A DNA stretch of 61,262 nucleotides, filler included, from Porpidia crustulata (lineage: Eukaryota), in NCBI GenBank assembly GCA_964255105.1. It is 11 parts of 11 records of this genome, joined end to end, with 100 filler letters (N's around TTAATTAATTAA, not from the genome) between each part and the next. Parts side by side here need not be neighbours in the genome. Positions count along the whole stretch, not along the records: positions 11,183 to 16,671 come from CAXUWE010001794.1; positions 16,772 to 22,250 come from CAXUWE010001795.1; positions 22,351 to 27,829 come from CAXUWE010001796.1; 8 more parts are not named here. One strand, written 5' to 3'. Made by a program: the position numbers and the translations under genes. The notes under the pieces were generated by a model. That model was not told the DNA's origin and searched no databases. It saw only the letters and a list, made by a program, of their open reading frames with translations. The stretch's first letter is position 1; the number at the start of each line of letters is the position of its first letter. Shown here one piece after another: positions 13,496 to 26,223 of this stretch.

Positions 13496-14729
13496 AGCTA
13501 ATGAGGCTAGACAGCTGGATCTCAGCCGCTAAACCGGATTCTAATCCATCTTTTCCTTAAGTAGTTAAGTTCCTACTCTGGATAATACGCGCAAGCGCGG
13601 TGCTCGAAGCCCAAGAGCCGCAATACACAAGGGAAAACAACGATGGAAAAATTCCAAAGGTATCAATAATTTCTGGCTCCAATGGGGACGGATTCTTATT
13701 TTAATGTAGTCTTCTGAAAGTTTCTCAAGTTTTATGAATCTGATGCGTATACACTTCCGCGATCTTGTCCTGCCTGCTGCCGTTTCACAGTCCCTCCCTT
13801 TGTAAGCATCTGTGAGGCACAGGAGATTGGGCACGGAGTCATCGTACAACCGCATGCTTAATTGCAGGCCAGTATGGCTAGGAAACACGTCTGGACCTGC
13901 TGCTTCGCCATTTTGAGGCATCAGGACGTTTCATGGAGATTCCCGATTTGGCAGCTTGGTGAGCAGATTTGTGAAAATTAGAACGCTCAAGTCGACCATT
14001 TGAGCCAGACTTGGACCCCAACAGCACTGTTGTGGAACTATAGCTTTCCATTGAGATTTGGTAATCCTGGAATTTCATAATGAATTTTGTCGCGGGGGAT
14101 GGTCGCAAGGCTTTGATGCTTCTTCACCACCGTATGGCACCAGCTTTCGAATATGTGGAATGAGAGACGTCTCATTTATGGCCCAAAGGTTTCCTCTTTT
14201 TGTGTGAAACACCATCATCTCCGAGGCTTTCTATACCTGGTCCAGAATGACTGGGGAGTGACATCCCTCAAGGTCTGGGTCACCGACCTTCAACACGATT
14301 TACTGGTCTTCTGCCCTACAATATTTACTTGGCATTTGTAATTCTCAATGATCGCCAAGGAGATAAGAGGGTAGCTGGGAGGAGCCATCCATTTTTTGAT
14401 TCGACAGTCGTGCTCAATCGTTTCTGATATACTATCGCCGAACTTTGACGTTCTCACCTGCTGACCATGCTTTAGCTTACTCGCATCTGTTTCATGCAGA
14501 CCCCTCAGTCCTTCAAATCCGCTTTATTCAATGTCATGCTGGATTATTTGGAGGATCGTAATGCATCATCCTCTTAATCTCCGACTAAAGCGTGTGGGCA
14601 GGCGATATGTCAATGATCTTTCCTCTCTTTCATATATATGTATTCATGGCATAAGGTTGGTTGTTTATCCAAGAAAACTGTCATTATCATATTTTTGGAT
14701 CACAACACGCTCATTCGGATTTTTCAACC

Positions 14730-15722
14730 ATGTCTTCAATGTACCACTCTTTTGTCATTGTGAGTTGTTGGGCTGCGCTATTCTGCTCCCTCGTCCATGG
14801 CCAGACGGTTATGGTTGAGACATATTTTTGGCGCACGACGTCGGTCTCGCGCCTAGCTTCTTTAGGCTATAGCGAAATAGTTGGCACGCTTCATCCCACT
14901 GTCACGGCGACACATACACCACCAGCGGTCACGGCCACCGTCAATCGAACTTCATGGGTGTCTATACCTCGTATCACGTCGACCAGCTTAGCGGACTCTA
15001 ATCCCGATGTTGGGTGCACCATCTTCATAGGCCCATCAGTCCAAGTGTACCACTTTCCAGGTAAAACCAAACCCACCAACACATGGTGTTTTACAGGAGG
15101 CTCGTCGCAAACTCCTACTGCTCTTCCTCCAGGCTACACCAACTTGTAAACCCTGCTCATTCCCTCGCTTCATTCAGGTACTAACAGACCTTCTAGTGTA
15201 TCTCCAAGCGTATATATCATTGTTCCAGCGATTAGCGCTGGCAATGCGCATTCGCAGATTGGCGGCATCTACAGCTCCGTCACTTTCAGTCTAGCGGCAG
15301 GCCATTTGTCAACTATCGAAGGCCAGAATGCGGCAACAAAGGTATACAATTTTGCAGATCTACCGTGTCCACCATCGGATGTAGCGTCGAAAGATTCTTG
15401 GTTTTACCAACCAACGTATAATCCAACTCGAGCTTATGAACCAAGGATCTTGATCCCGGCGACAGTAACGAACTTAGACCCTGCCTGGAAGACTTGCACT
15501 GCTACAGCCCAATATCAAGGGTTCGACCCTTTGACAGCTCTACCAACAGTGGATGCGCCCGGCGATCCCGGGCTTTCTCGCCGGCTCCGAAGGGCACCAG
15601 CGATTCCGCTTGAGCAGCCAGTACTCACCGCTATGCCGGACTTGCACCCGGCATCTCAGGTTGCATTACCTAACGTCACTCCAACGTCTGCGTCGACCAC
15701 ACCGTCTGTCGAATGCGCATGA
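14730..15722 (+). CDS. Secreted Thr/Pro-rich fungal hypothetical protein
   Basis: Signal peptide MSSMYHSFVIVSCWAALFCSLVHG; intron about 15146..15196 (GTAAAC...CTAAC...TAG) joins the two ORFs; motifs SPSVYII, YNFADLPCPP, LDPAWKTC. Confidence 0.7.
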
Positions 15723-16671
15723 CCGACATAAGGGATAGCAGATTTCATGCAGCTGGCGCGGCCGCTCCCCCAACCACCGTTGCAGTGGATAGTCCCGATA
15801 AAGGATCATAAGGATCTCGCAGTCGACTTCCGAGGCAAGCGGGATAGAATCACAAGAATAAAGATAATCTGATAAATTTCTTAAGTCGACGAACAGTTTC
15901 CTGGCTCGATGCAGTAAGGATGCCAGAATCTCTCGAGATACGCCAATCGTCTTTCTTGTATCGATTTGAAATTATTGAACCTCTAATCCCGTCTTTACAC
16001 GTTGCGAAAAAAGCAATTCTATTCTTCCTACTAATCAGGTATTGGTAATATTCAAGTTTTACTCTTATTTTCGTTCACAATCTAAATGTCCTCGTATCAG
16101 ACAACTTCCTGTATGATGGAATCAGAGTGGCGGCGTATAGTCTAGGTATGGGGGGAAAGATGTGGGATTACCAGCTTGCGTCAAATACATACTTGATTCA
16201 ACCTGCACCACCACATCATTCGCCCAAGGGGACGAATTAGTCGCTTTTCGTAAATTTTACTGCTTTTCCTGTCAACTTGAAAACCCTAATACTAGTATAA
16301 AGGCTGTCCGGACAATCACCAACCCATCACGACCCAAAATCCCACATCAATCCCACAAAAAACCACCCACGCCTATCCATACATAATACCACTTTCAATC
16401 CATCACATCCGCACTCGTGAAATCCGTACGTTCTACAATCAGATCACGCAAACACACCCCTACACATCCCCCTTCGCGCCAAACCCCCACATTTTCCGTT
16501 CCCCACATTGAAACGTTACGGTCTCGGTAAAAGCTGTAGTTTATCGTTTTTGTGGATTGTAGAATCTGGTTTGGGGTAACCTTGTAGATCTATTGTTTGT
16601 CATGCTTTTGTATTAATTTATCTCCAATCCCTTTATTCCACCCCCCTCAACCCCCAAAAGAACAACAAAAC

Positions 16672-16771
16672 NNNNNNNNNNNNNNNNNNNNNNNNNNNNN
16701 NNNNNNNNNNNNNNNTTAATTAATTAANNNNNNNNNNNNNNNNNNNNNNNNNNNNNNNNNNNNNNNNNNNN
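16672..16771. other. Artificial contig linker
   Basis: N44-TTAATTAATTAA-N44. Confidence 0.98.
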
Positions 16772-17432
16772 CTGATAAACGGCGCGAATGGCTGGGTGGC
16801 GGGGCTCCGGGGAGCTGGGTAGGGGGCGGTAGTAGTGGTTTCCGAACCATGCGGGGCTGAGATGGTGGTGGTCGTGACGGTGGACTTGGGTTCGAGTCCG
16901 GGGGTGAGATGCCTGTCGGGCTATGAAGAGGATTACTGGTGGAAGCTAGGTGCGCAGAGATTGGCGTTGGCGGTAGAGGTCGATCACGGGCTGCTGGACC
17001 GGAGCGGTTCGATGGCTGGATCACGAGGGGGTCTGGAATAAGGTGTCCGAGATTGTCCAGCGCGTATTGGTGCTCTTGGGCAAATTCTTGCTCCAGGCTG
17101 TTGCGCTGGGGATATTCAATATCAACCCGACTTTGCTGTCTAGTATCCTGTTGCTGATGCTGGTTCTGCTCTCTAAGGCGTTGGAGTTCCTCCTCTAGTC
17201 GTTTGAGATGTTGAGCAACTTCAATGTAGTACTTCTCTGGAGGGTTGCGACGAGCATGTTCATCGCGTTGGGGTCTGATAGGGGAAGCGGTGTTTTTCGT
17301 ACGGCTCGGACCGGATCGCTGTTTATGCTCGTTTAGGGATTTTGAAGCATTTGAGGTGTGCTGAGGGTTGCTGCTGGCGCGATCGTCCGAGCGGAAGACT
17401 CTGGAGAAGAAGCTTTTCACGGTTCTGTACAT
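16772..17432 (-). CDS. Hypothetical protein with short coiled coil and Pro-rich region; 3' end cut by contig break
   Basis: Frame of about 220 codons open from ATG 17432 to the gap; LKRLEEELQRLREQNQ followed by Pro-rich segments. Confidence 0.55.
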
Positions 17433-18357
17433 CTTTTCTTGCTCAAAGAATTTGGATTTAGAATTTTGGGTTTCTACGAATCGTAGAGAAAGTATGGAGA
17501 ATGTTTGCGTCTATGTGCGCTGTTAGTCGACGGATCTGAAACAACAAATCATCAGACAAGTGGCCGAGAGAACATGTTTATTATGTATGATTGCAGCTAA
17601 CACAAAGGTATCTCACAATGTATGACAATCGATTGATTATCTGGTCAAAGAGCATGTATTGTTCATAGCAGACAATTGAGTGCTCCGAGGTTTGACAAAG
17701 AAATTGATGATCCTGGTAACCTTTGTGATCTTAATTGATCTTGGTGAGAAGTCGGGTCACATTGAGCAGTCTAATATCAGCAGCTTGCGAGTATTTTTGA
17801 AATCTTAAATCAATGCTAGGTATTTGAGATTGTATGCTGAAGGCTTTGCATGATGCCTGGTGTTCTGCCTTGACTGGTAGCTATGGCGTCTTATCAGCAC
17901 AACGAGGGTACTTAGAAATCGATGCTGTCCTCAAAATAAGTAGCGCGAGCAAGAGCATCGACAAGCATCAGACTGTAACTGAGAATCAGGCGAGATCTGA
18001 GAGTCTACCCCAACACCGCGAAAGACATCGAGATCTAAGTCTTTGAATAGACTCAATGGTTTGGGTCTCGCTCGTGCAGCCATCACTTGTTGTCTATTAC
18101 CAGTAAGTAGAGTCTCAGAATCTCTTCAACAACTGCCAAGCCAGGAGGGGGCTAAAAACGCACATGGTTGTAAAAAAGGGTGTGAACTCCTCACGAAGAG
18201 CTTTCTTGTCAACACGTTGACTAGTAGGATATTTTCCTCGGTACAGGCGACAGAAGGGACGTGATGCCAATATGGAAGTTCTGGCTGATGAGTGGAAGCA
18301 AATATGATAGTATTGTATTCAATTTAGTAACTTCCCATGTCTTGCCAGTCTTTGACT

Positions 18358-19947
18358 TCAATATCGTCTTTGTCTCCTTGACGATACATCTCTTGGTTTT
18401 GTTTTTCGTAAAGGTCTTGCTTCGTCCAATTCCTCTACTATCTGGGGCGGTTTAAGCCGTGTTTTCCGCGGCCAATTTCTGCAGGTATCGATGTTGGTCC
18501 TTGGTGCGAAGATCTCAAGGAACTGAAGGAAGAGGTAATCTATGATTACGCACATGCAGAAGAGCTTCCCTGCCCAAATACCGCACCCATAATATCGCTT
18601 AAGTCGGTCGATAAGAGCAAAGCTTTGCACGCCTGCTCGACCTCGAGTAGCCGACCAACCGCCCCCGGAATTGTCTCCATAGAATTCTTCTTCGCTCAAA
18701 GCACCAGTAATTCCATCGTACACTCTCTCCGTCCGTTGAGCAACATCTGTCCAGGAGTACATCGTTTTTACTTGATCGTGAAAGCGTTCAGTTCGTATCC
18801 TATTCGATCTCAAGGCAGCGATGGCTTTTCCAGTCTTTGCGACAAGATCGTCTTCCTCTGGTTTCGCAAATTCTGTCATGTGCTGTGGGAGGACTTCAGG
18901 TATTCCTCCCACTTGAGTGCAGACAACGTACAGTCCACAGCTTGCCGCTTCCACAATTACAGTACCAAAGGCTTCTGTGAGACTAGGGTGGAGGTAGATA
19001 TGCCCTCTGACCATGACATCTCTGACCTCCTCATGCCGTACAGGGCCAAGAATTTCTACTCTATCCTGGAGAACCCGACGTTCCAGCATCTGTTCCAGAT
19101 CAATAGCCTTGGGACCAGAGCCTGCAATTATGAAACGAACGTGGGCATCACTAGCCAGAATACGAGGAATGGCTGCGATCAGTAAGTCGGTCCCTTTGTT
19201 GTAGAAAAGTCTGGAAATCACAACAATCGTGATGGTATCTTCGGGACCAAGGTGCTGAGGGGGAGGTGGTGGAGGACGAGCATCGTGGTGATTCCCTCTT
19301 CGGTCTGTCTTGCTGTTCTTCTCATAGGCGAGCGGCTCGAAGTTCTCAGCAACAACCGCATTTGGAATTACAGAAACCATCAGCGGATCTAGAGACGCAC
19401 GCAATACTGTGTTCTCTTTGCTATACATAGCAGTCAGCAATTGTCACAGATTTGACTCCAAACGCAAAGCTTACCATGTATGGCTCACGCAGATGACGTG
19501 GTCAACATCGCTCAAAGTGAATTTTAGGAGCTTGTTCGTCAGGATACTTGCAGCATCTGCAAAGCCAAACAAAGAGTGATCCGTGAATACGGTACGTAGG
19601 CCCATGGTTCTTGCATGCAGAATTGCTTCATGGCACATACTGCTCAAACTTGCGTGACCATGCACAATCTCTATTTGCTCTCTTATGATAATGTTGCGGA
19701 ATATTGGAAAGAAGGAAAAGACAGTTGGCATTGTAGATTCTCTGTATATGACGAAGAAAGGGACATGGTAGACCTTGAGGCCATTCGAAAGATATCGGAC
19801 TCCAGTCCTTCCTTCGTAAGCATGGGTGATGATGACTACTTTATGACCCCGGTCAATAAGCTTGCTTGACAGTTGATAAATATGACTTTCAACTCCTCCA
19901 GGCTGGGGAAAGAAGAAATCGCTGACCATAGCAATATGATATGGCAT
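18358..19947 (-). CDS. GPI3: Phosphatidylinositol N-acetylglucosaminyltransferase catalytic subunit (PIG-A/Gpi3, GT4)
   Basis: [26 protein letters not shown]...; intron 19421..19474 restores [25 protein letters not shown] and [17 protein letters not shown] motifs. Confidence 0.96.
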
Positions 19948-20363
19948 CTTGAGAGCTTGGAGACCTATTGACGATCTGTTAGATGCCTACAAACCCCCTA
20001 CCAGGAACTTGACAGGATTGTCGTGCTTTTGACCGTCCTCATAATTAGGCCCAACTGCGCTCAGACAACTAAGCTCAGGAATAGACCACTTATGAGGTGG
20101 GACGGGTTGGCCTTAGAAGATCAAATTCCACACACATTAGACCATTCTTCGATACATTAGGGATGATTAGACGCGTGAGACCTCCGTAGATGGAGATGGC
20201 CACGTTAGTGCCACCAGTACATCGAATACTTACAAACGCTACTCTAGCTCGATACGGGATTAGAATACAAGCTGTAAGGTATTTTGTATCAAAACATTTT
20301 ATATTAAGGGCTCAGATGTTCGACCCTGGCGACCAACAGGAAGCCAATCTCGACCTTCTACTC

Positions 20364-22250
20364 ATGTCTTCGTTGTTCTATTCTCGTTACACACCATCGG
20401 AGGGCCCAGTGGTCCATGGAGCTCTAGAAAATGCAAACAATCAATCACGCCCTTTGAAAAAGCGAAAGAAAACACCTAAGCATGAGACTGCGATTGATAC
20501 TAATGCTGAGGAGCTGCAAACTCGTACTTCAAACGGAAGAGATGTTGCAGAGCCCATCGTAAACGTTGGGCTTGATGGCGATCTCGAATCTGTACGAAAG
20601 AAGAGCAAACGTAAAAGCCTGAAACGAACGGAATCAATTCCAGCTTTAGCAGCCGATGGACGTTCCCAAGATCCGCCACTGAGTCTGACTGACACAATTG
20701 AGACAAAAAGTAGACAAGAAAGCCTACCAGAAGCCAGAAAATCAAGAGCCCTGGAAAAGCTCCCTAGACATGATCATACTATTGAAAGCGACTTTCAAAA
20801 ACCTATAGCATTCAAGCAGTCAGATGAGAATGATAAACATCGTAGAATTCGCGCTGAGTTCAACAAAAATGCAAAAAATCTCAAGGCCAGAATGAAGAAG
20901 GCCTCCGAACACTCAGAAGCGAAGAAGAACTTACAGGACCAAAAATCGACGGCTGCAGAGACTCATGGCCTAGTACCGTTACCACAACCGCCAGTCATTC
21001 CCGATGCACCTGTAAAATATTCTGTTGCCGCAGCAGCTCACTGGCTGGCTCACCCTACCATTGTATCTACTTCCGACACTATCTCTCTTGAAGATCTGAC
21101 TTTACGTCCCAGCACTGTTGCCTCCCTGAAGTCGAAGGGATATGAACATGCCTTTGCCATTCAAGCTGCTGTTTTGCCCATGATTCTGCCGGGCCCACAG
21201 CAGTATGATGGCGACATCTGCATATCGGCCGCGACTGGTTCTGGAAAGACGCTAGCTTATGTTCTACCGATGGTGGAGGGTCTGCGAGGCAAACCTGTCA
21301 CAAAATTGAGAGGGCTGATTGCAGTCCCTACGCGAGAGCTGGTCTCACAAGTACGTGAGGTTCTCGAGCTATGTAGTGTTGACAGTGGGATAACGATTGG
21401 CACTGCCATCGGTAACAAACCTTTGAAGGAAGAACAAGACATCCTCGTCAAGAAAGGACAAAAGTATGATCCTGATGCTTATCGAGCGGAGCAAGAGCAA
21501 GGGATGGACCAAGAGGAAGAGCTTTTAAATTGGGAGTTTGATGATCTGCTAGAGGAAGGGAGTGATCTTGATCGCCTTGAAGACTACATTACAGACTATC
21601 AATCCGAGATCGACATCCTCATCTGCACTCCTGGGCGTTTAGTGGATCACATCCAGCATACTCGAGGTTTCACCTTGGAACATGTCCAGTGGTTGGTTGT
21701 TGACGAAGCCGATCGACTACTTGATGAGAGCTTCCAACAATGGGTTAGTATTGTCATACCTGAATTGGATCATCAAGCACCCCTGGACCCATGGGACAAG
21801 CAACTCTCGGAAGCATTCCATACCCTTCGTCGAAGAGAGGTTCAAAAGATAATCCTCAGTGCTACAATGACCAGAGATATCAGCAAACTAACAGGACTCA
21901 AGTTGAGAAAGCCAAGGTTGGTCGTGCTTGAAAATGATAAAAAGCTCAAGAAAAGCGATGACCACCAAGCGCCTGAACCGAGCGATGATCAGCATGAGAT
22001 CTTTGAGCTTCCAGCGAAACTGGAGGAGATGGCCATATCCGTCAAATATATTGAGGAGAAACCTTTGCACCTTATCGACTTGCTTGAGCGCGAGAACGCT
22101 ATTGTGGGACTATCTTCCAGTTATTCTACTGTCACTAAATCAGCTCTGGGAGTCGGTGAAACTTCATCAAGTGATTCCGAGACATCACAATCAACATCAT
22201 CCTCATCGCCATCTTCCACCACCAGCAACCCAAAAACCCCCCCAAACCCC
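20364..22250 (+). CDS. DBP6: DEAD-box RNA helicase Dbp6 (60S biogenesis); 3' end cut by contig break
   Basis: Likely start MSSLFYSRYTP; Q motif AFAIQAAVLP, AATGSGKT, PTRELV, TPGRLVDH, DEAD, SAT, with an acidic insertion before TPGRL. Confidence 0.9.
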
Positions 22251-22350
22251 NNNNNNNNNNNNNNNNNNNNNNNNNNNNNNNNNNNNNNNNNNNNTTAATT
22301 AATTAANNNNNNNNNNNNNNNNNNNNNNNNNNNNNNNNNNNNNNNNNNNN
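22251..22350. other. Artificial contig linker
   Basis: N44-TTAATTAATTAA-N44. Confidence 0.98.
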
Positions 22351-22935
22351 CCACAAATTCCCCCTTTCTCCAAAACCCGTCCCCCATCCATCACCCACGC
22401 TCATACACAAACCCCCTATTTCCCCCCCGAGCATAGCTACCGTATAAACCTCGCACAACCGACGCCAGCAACCGACCCCTCCATATCCCAACCGTTAGCA
22501 CAGCCGTGCCCTTCCCTCGTCCACCGACTCCGGATCCCTGTAGATCCGCCCGTCAGGCCTGTGGTAGCAGATCTCAAACTGCGCGTCTTCGGCGTTGTTA
22601 AGATGGTACGTGAGGGATATGGTCTGTAGATTACGCACGTGGCGCGCGGGGCGAGCTATGATGGGCGCAAGCGGATTGAGGGTGGATGGGGAAGGAAGGG
22701 AGCGGAAGAGGTAGCTGCGGTGGTTGCTGGTGGTGTGGGCCTATTTTCTATCCTTTAGGGGCCCTATCCGTGCGAGCATAAATGCTTGACATATCCAATT
22801 CGACGGACTGTGGCTTGATGGCACTCCGGCCTGGAGCTGCGAGCGTTCTCTACGTTTCGCAGGCTATCCGATCGATGGCTTCCAGCAGCATCATTGGAGT
22901 ACTACTAAGGTGCCGACTGTTCCGAAAGCCGTAGC

Positions 22936-24004
22936 CTAAAAGACATCTTCAGCGGCCGGTTTCCCAAACCAGTTGGCCAATTCGCCAATCTGGTTCTCTT
23001 CTCCGGCATTTGACGCATTTAAGAAGTCTGTCACCCTCAGTCCCTGCTCGTCATCATCCGGCGTAGGCCAGTCGACCTTTATCCCATTGCCCTTGGCCTC
23101 AAGCAAGTCTTTCGCGGTGCCCCAGCTGAAACGGCATTCATTGCCCCAGCCAAATATGGGGTCCATATAACCTTTCAGCCATGTGGTACATTTTGCATCA
23201 GAGGGGTACCCCGAGCCCCAGCCTTGCGCGGAGATATTGGGTTCATCGCCAGCTTGGGAGGCGATGTAAGACTGATAGCAAACCTCGAGTGCAGCATCTC
23301 TTGTTACCTTAGCACAGACCGACGCAGCTGAGACGCAAGGGTAAAGCGAATCTGCTTTCTTTGCAACGGTGATCATTGTAGTGGGAAATATACGCTCTAA
23401 TTTCTTCTGGTACACGGAGGGACTTCCTATAGTATCGATATAGATTTCCTTCATGTTTACGCCCTTTGCAAAAACATCTTTTATCAAGTCAATGGTTGCA
23501 TCCATGGCTTGAGCATTAAGATTGTACATTCCGGCAGACTTTAACATGCCAGAAGAAATATCTCGCGCAGACATTACTCGTGTTGCCCAGCCGCAATTCT
23601 GGTGTAAGTCTGTACCAGTTGTACACAGCTTTTGCATTAAAGACGAGCGGACAGCAGGGGTGAGCACCTTGGAGTCGTCGAAGTGGTGGGTTTCCGCAAG
23701 GAGAGAGCGATGGGAAGAAAGAGGAAGGTAAAGTAGGCCATAGACCATGGGCCCTAGAGTCGAGTCAGGTCTCTGTTCTCATTGACATGAGAATAGGATA
23801 TCAACCTAAAACGGGGCCTCTTCCAGCCTCATCAACGCCTAGCACACATTCTGTCGAAAGATCCCTGACGATCGCCTCTGGTATTGTGGTATGGTGTGTA
23901 TATGAAGTTCCATCAAATATCTTCTGTTCATGTATTGAGGGGGCAATAAAGACATCTTCAGCAGGGGTTTCCTGAACAACATCTTGCGAGTCGACTTCAT
24001 CCAT
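22936..24004 (-). CDS. RNH201: Ribonuclease H2 catalytic subunit A
   Basis: LGVDEAGRGPVLG joined by intron 23754..23805 to PMVY; DDSK, YIDTIG, KADSLYPCVSAASVCAKVTRD and GSGYPSD motifs. Confidence 0.96.
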
Positions 24005-24353
24005 CGCAAGTGCTAGTTCCGGGACTATTGTTGACAGTAGCTTTATTGGAAGTTTACATGAATCATGTATCAGCAAAGTGTAAGGTAAGTTCGCATTTTG
24101 TCCAAGAAGCTTTGGATAACGAAACTTCAGAGAGACGCGCCGACGTGTGGACTTTAACCTTTTGGGTAAGGTACAAAGATCACGGAGTTACCCCGGGCAG
24201 CGGCTCAGGTGCAACCGGCGCCTGCATAAAATCACCTCCTTTTCCGTTAGCGGTCTACAATTGCTGTCAACTACACATCTTGTACCATCACGTACTGTCC
24301 ATTCCTTACCGACTTTATAGTCGATAAAGTCACTCATTTGATCGTGCGCGAAA

Positions 24354-25501
24354 ATGCCGCACCCAACACTCATTACAAACCTCGTAGCCCTCCTAGCCAT
24401 CGTTGCGCCGGTCGCATCGCAAACCTGGACATCATGCAATCCTTTGAACGAGACCAACTGTCCTAGCGATGCCGCTCTAGGCATGAACTATACCTACGAT
24501 TTCACCAAATCAACTGCGGGCTCTACCTGGAATACCACGGCCGGTAACCTTATCTACGGAGATAACGGTGCTGCATTTGTGATCAACGCACGCGGTGATG
24601 CGCCAACTATTCAATCCAATTTCTACATCTTTTTCGGCGAAGTCGAAGTCTGGATGAAGGCTGCTACGGGCCAGGGTGTGGTCAGCAGTATCGTCCTCGA
24701 ATCTGATGACTTGGACGAAGTGGATTGGGAACTTATTGGCGGCAACAACACACATGTAGAATCGAACTACTTTGGTAAAGGCAATACCACGTCCTATGAT
24801 CGCGCTGTGTGGCACCCTATCGACAAACCCCAGGAGACGTTCCATAATTACACCACCCGCTGGACTGCAGAAAAGCTCGAATGGTTCATTGATGGCAACC
24901 CCATTCGCACTCTTGAATATAAGGATGCAAACGGGGGAAAGAACTTTCCCCAAACACCGATGAATATTAGACTAGGCGTTTGGGCAGCTGGCGACCACGC
25001 GAACAATAATTACACTATCCGATGGGCGGGTGGAGAAACAGACTACAACAAAGGGCCTTACACGATGTCTGTGAAGAGCGCCAGGGTGACGGATTTCTCT
25101 AGTGGTAAGGAGTACAAATACGGTGACAAAACGGGCTCTTGGCAAAGTATTCAGGTAGTCGCGTAAGTACTGCTCATTTACATTGTAGAACGACTTCATA
25201 ATTCAACTAACATCTTTCGAGAGGTAATTCTACCATCGCCGAGACTCTATCCCGGCCCCCTCCAGCGACAGTAGCACAGCGCTGGGCCTCTTTGTCCCAG
25301 GCAGCCAAGATTGCCATCTACTCCTCCGTCGGCGCCGTCGCACTTGCGTTTTTTATGTTCGCCACCATTTGCTGTATTAGGCAGCGCCGTGCCGGACGCA
25401 GGGAGCATGCAATCGCCGCAGCTGAATACGAGAAGGATACCGCAGAATTACTGACCTATCGGGCGGCATCGGCGAATGAAGGATACAAGGGCTTCAAGTG
25501 A
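24354..25501 (+). CDS. Crh-family GH16 chitin-glucan transglycosylase with C-terminal transmembrane helix
   Basis: Signal peptide, QTWTSCNPL, catalytic DEVDWE (ExDxE), FPQTPM; intron 25163..25221 joins to an exon carrying TM IAIYSSVGAVALAFFMFATICCIRQRR. Confidence 0.9.
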
Positions 25502-26223
25502 AGGGTCAAGGTGATTGTGTGTCATTTTCAAGAGTCATATGTTGAGGAGTTTACGTGGTTCAGCACACTTTGGCAAGGTGCACTCAAGAGGTGGAACTGG
25601 CCAAGTCTTCAAATACGTCGCATCCGATAGTCACAGATAGATTTGCGTGTTTCGGCTTACAAAGCCATTTGTAGATTATGATAGAGATGAGCTTTATAGT
25701 AAGTGATGCATAGAAAGACCTTGCAATGACTGCCGTCAATCCGTGTGCCAAATTAGTATATCAAGCAAGAAAGAGAAGTTCAACACAAGTGTGAAGTAGC
25801 CAAAGCTTGCAACTCCAATGCGAAGAGTAATTCTGCCGAGTGAGCCACTTCATATTGGGCAATTGTCTGTGCTACGTTTTTCGTAGTTGATCGACAGTTG
25901 TTCATGAAAAGCGTAATAGTGATAGTGAGATGTTTTAAATGTAGATTGTGAGATGCTTCACCTCAGTTTATATAGGGTTGCCAAGGCAGTAGCTAGCGCT
26001 TGTAGTAGTGCTTGGCTTTAGCCATTTACGGATTCCATGTCTTTATCCAAATGGTCCCGCAGTGCATCACCACTTTGACGCGACGATAATACTTGGAAAG
26101 TGTAAGGGAAACAACAGCAAGCATCACGGAACCCTTTAGAAAGTGCTATACATTGGCTTGGCGGCATTTTAGATACTGTGCCATCTGATTCTTCACCCGC
26201 ATAGTTCCCTGGTAACCGCGCAT

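Noticed and set aside
20190..20363. 58-aa N-terminal extension of DBP6 in the ORF track
   Set aside because: The conserved-looking start is MSSLFYSRY at 20364; the upstream part lies in the divergent GPI3/DBP6 promoter and is not protein-like.
24130..24150. MCB-like ACGCG cores upstream of RNH201 and of MIF2 (near 26077)
   Set aside because: Single imperfect 5-6 bp matches are expected by chance; not enough to call regulatory sites.
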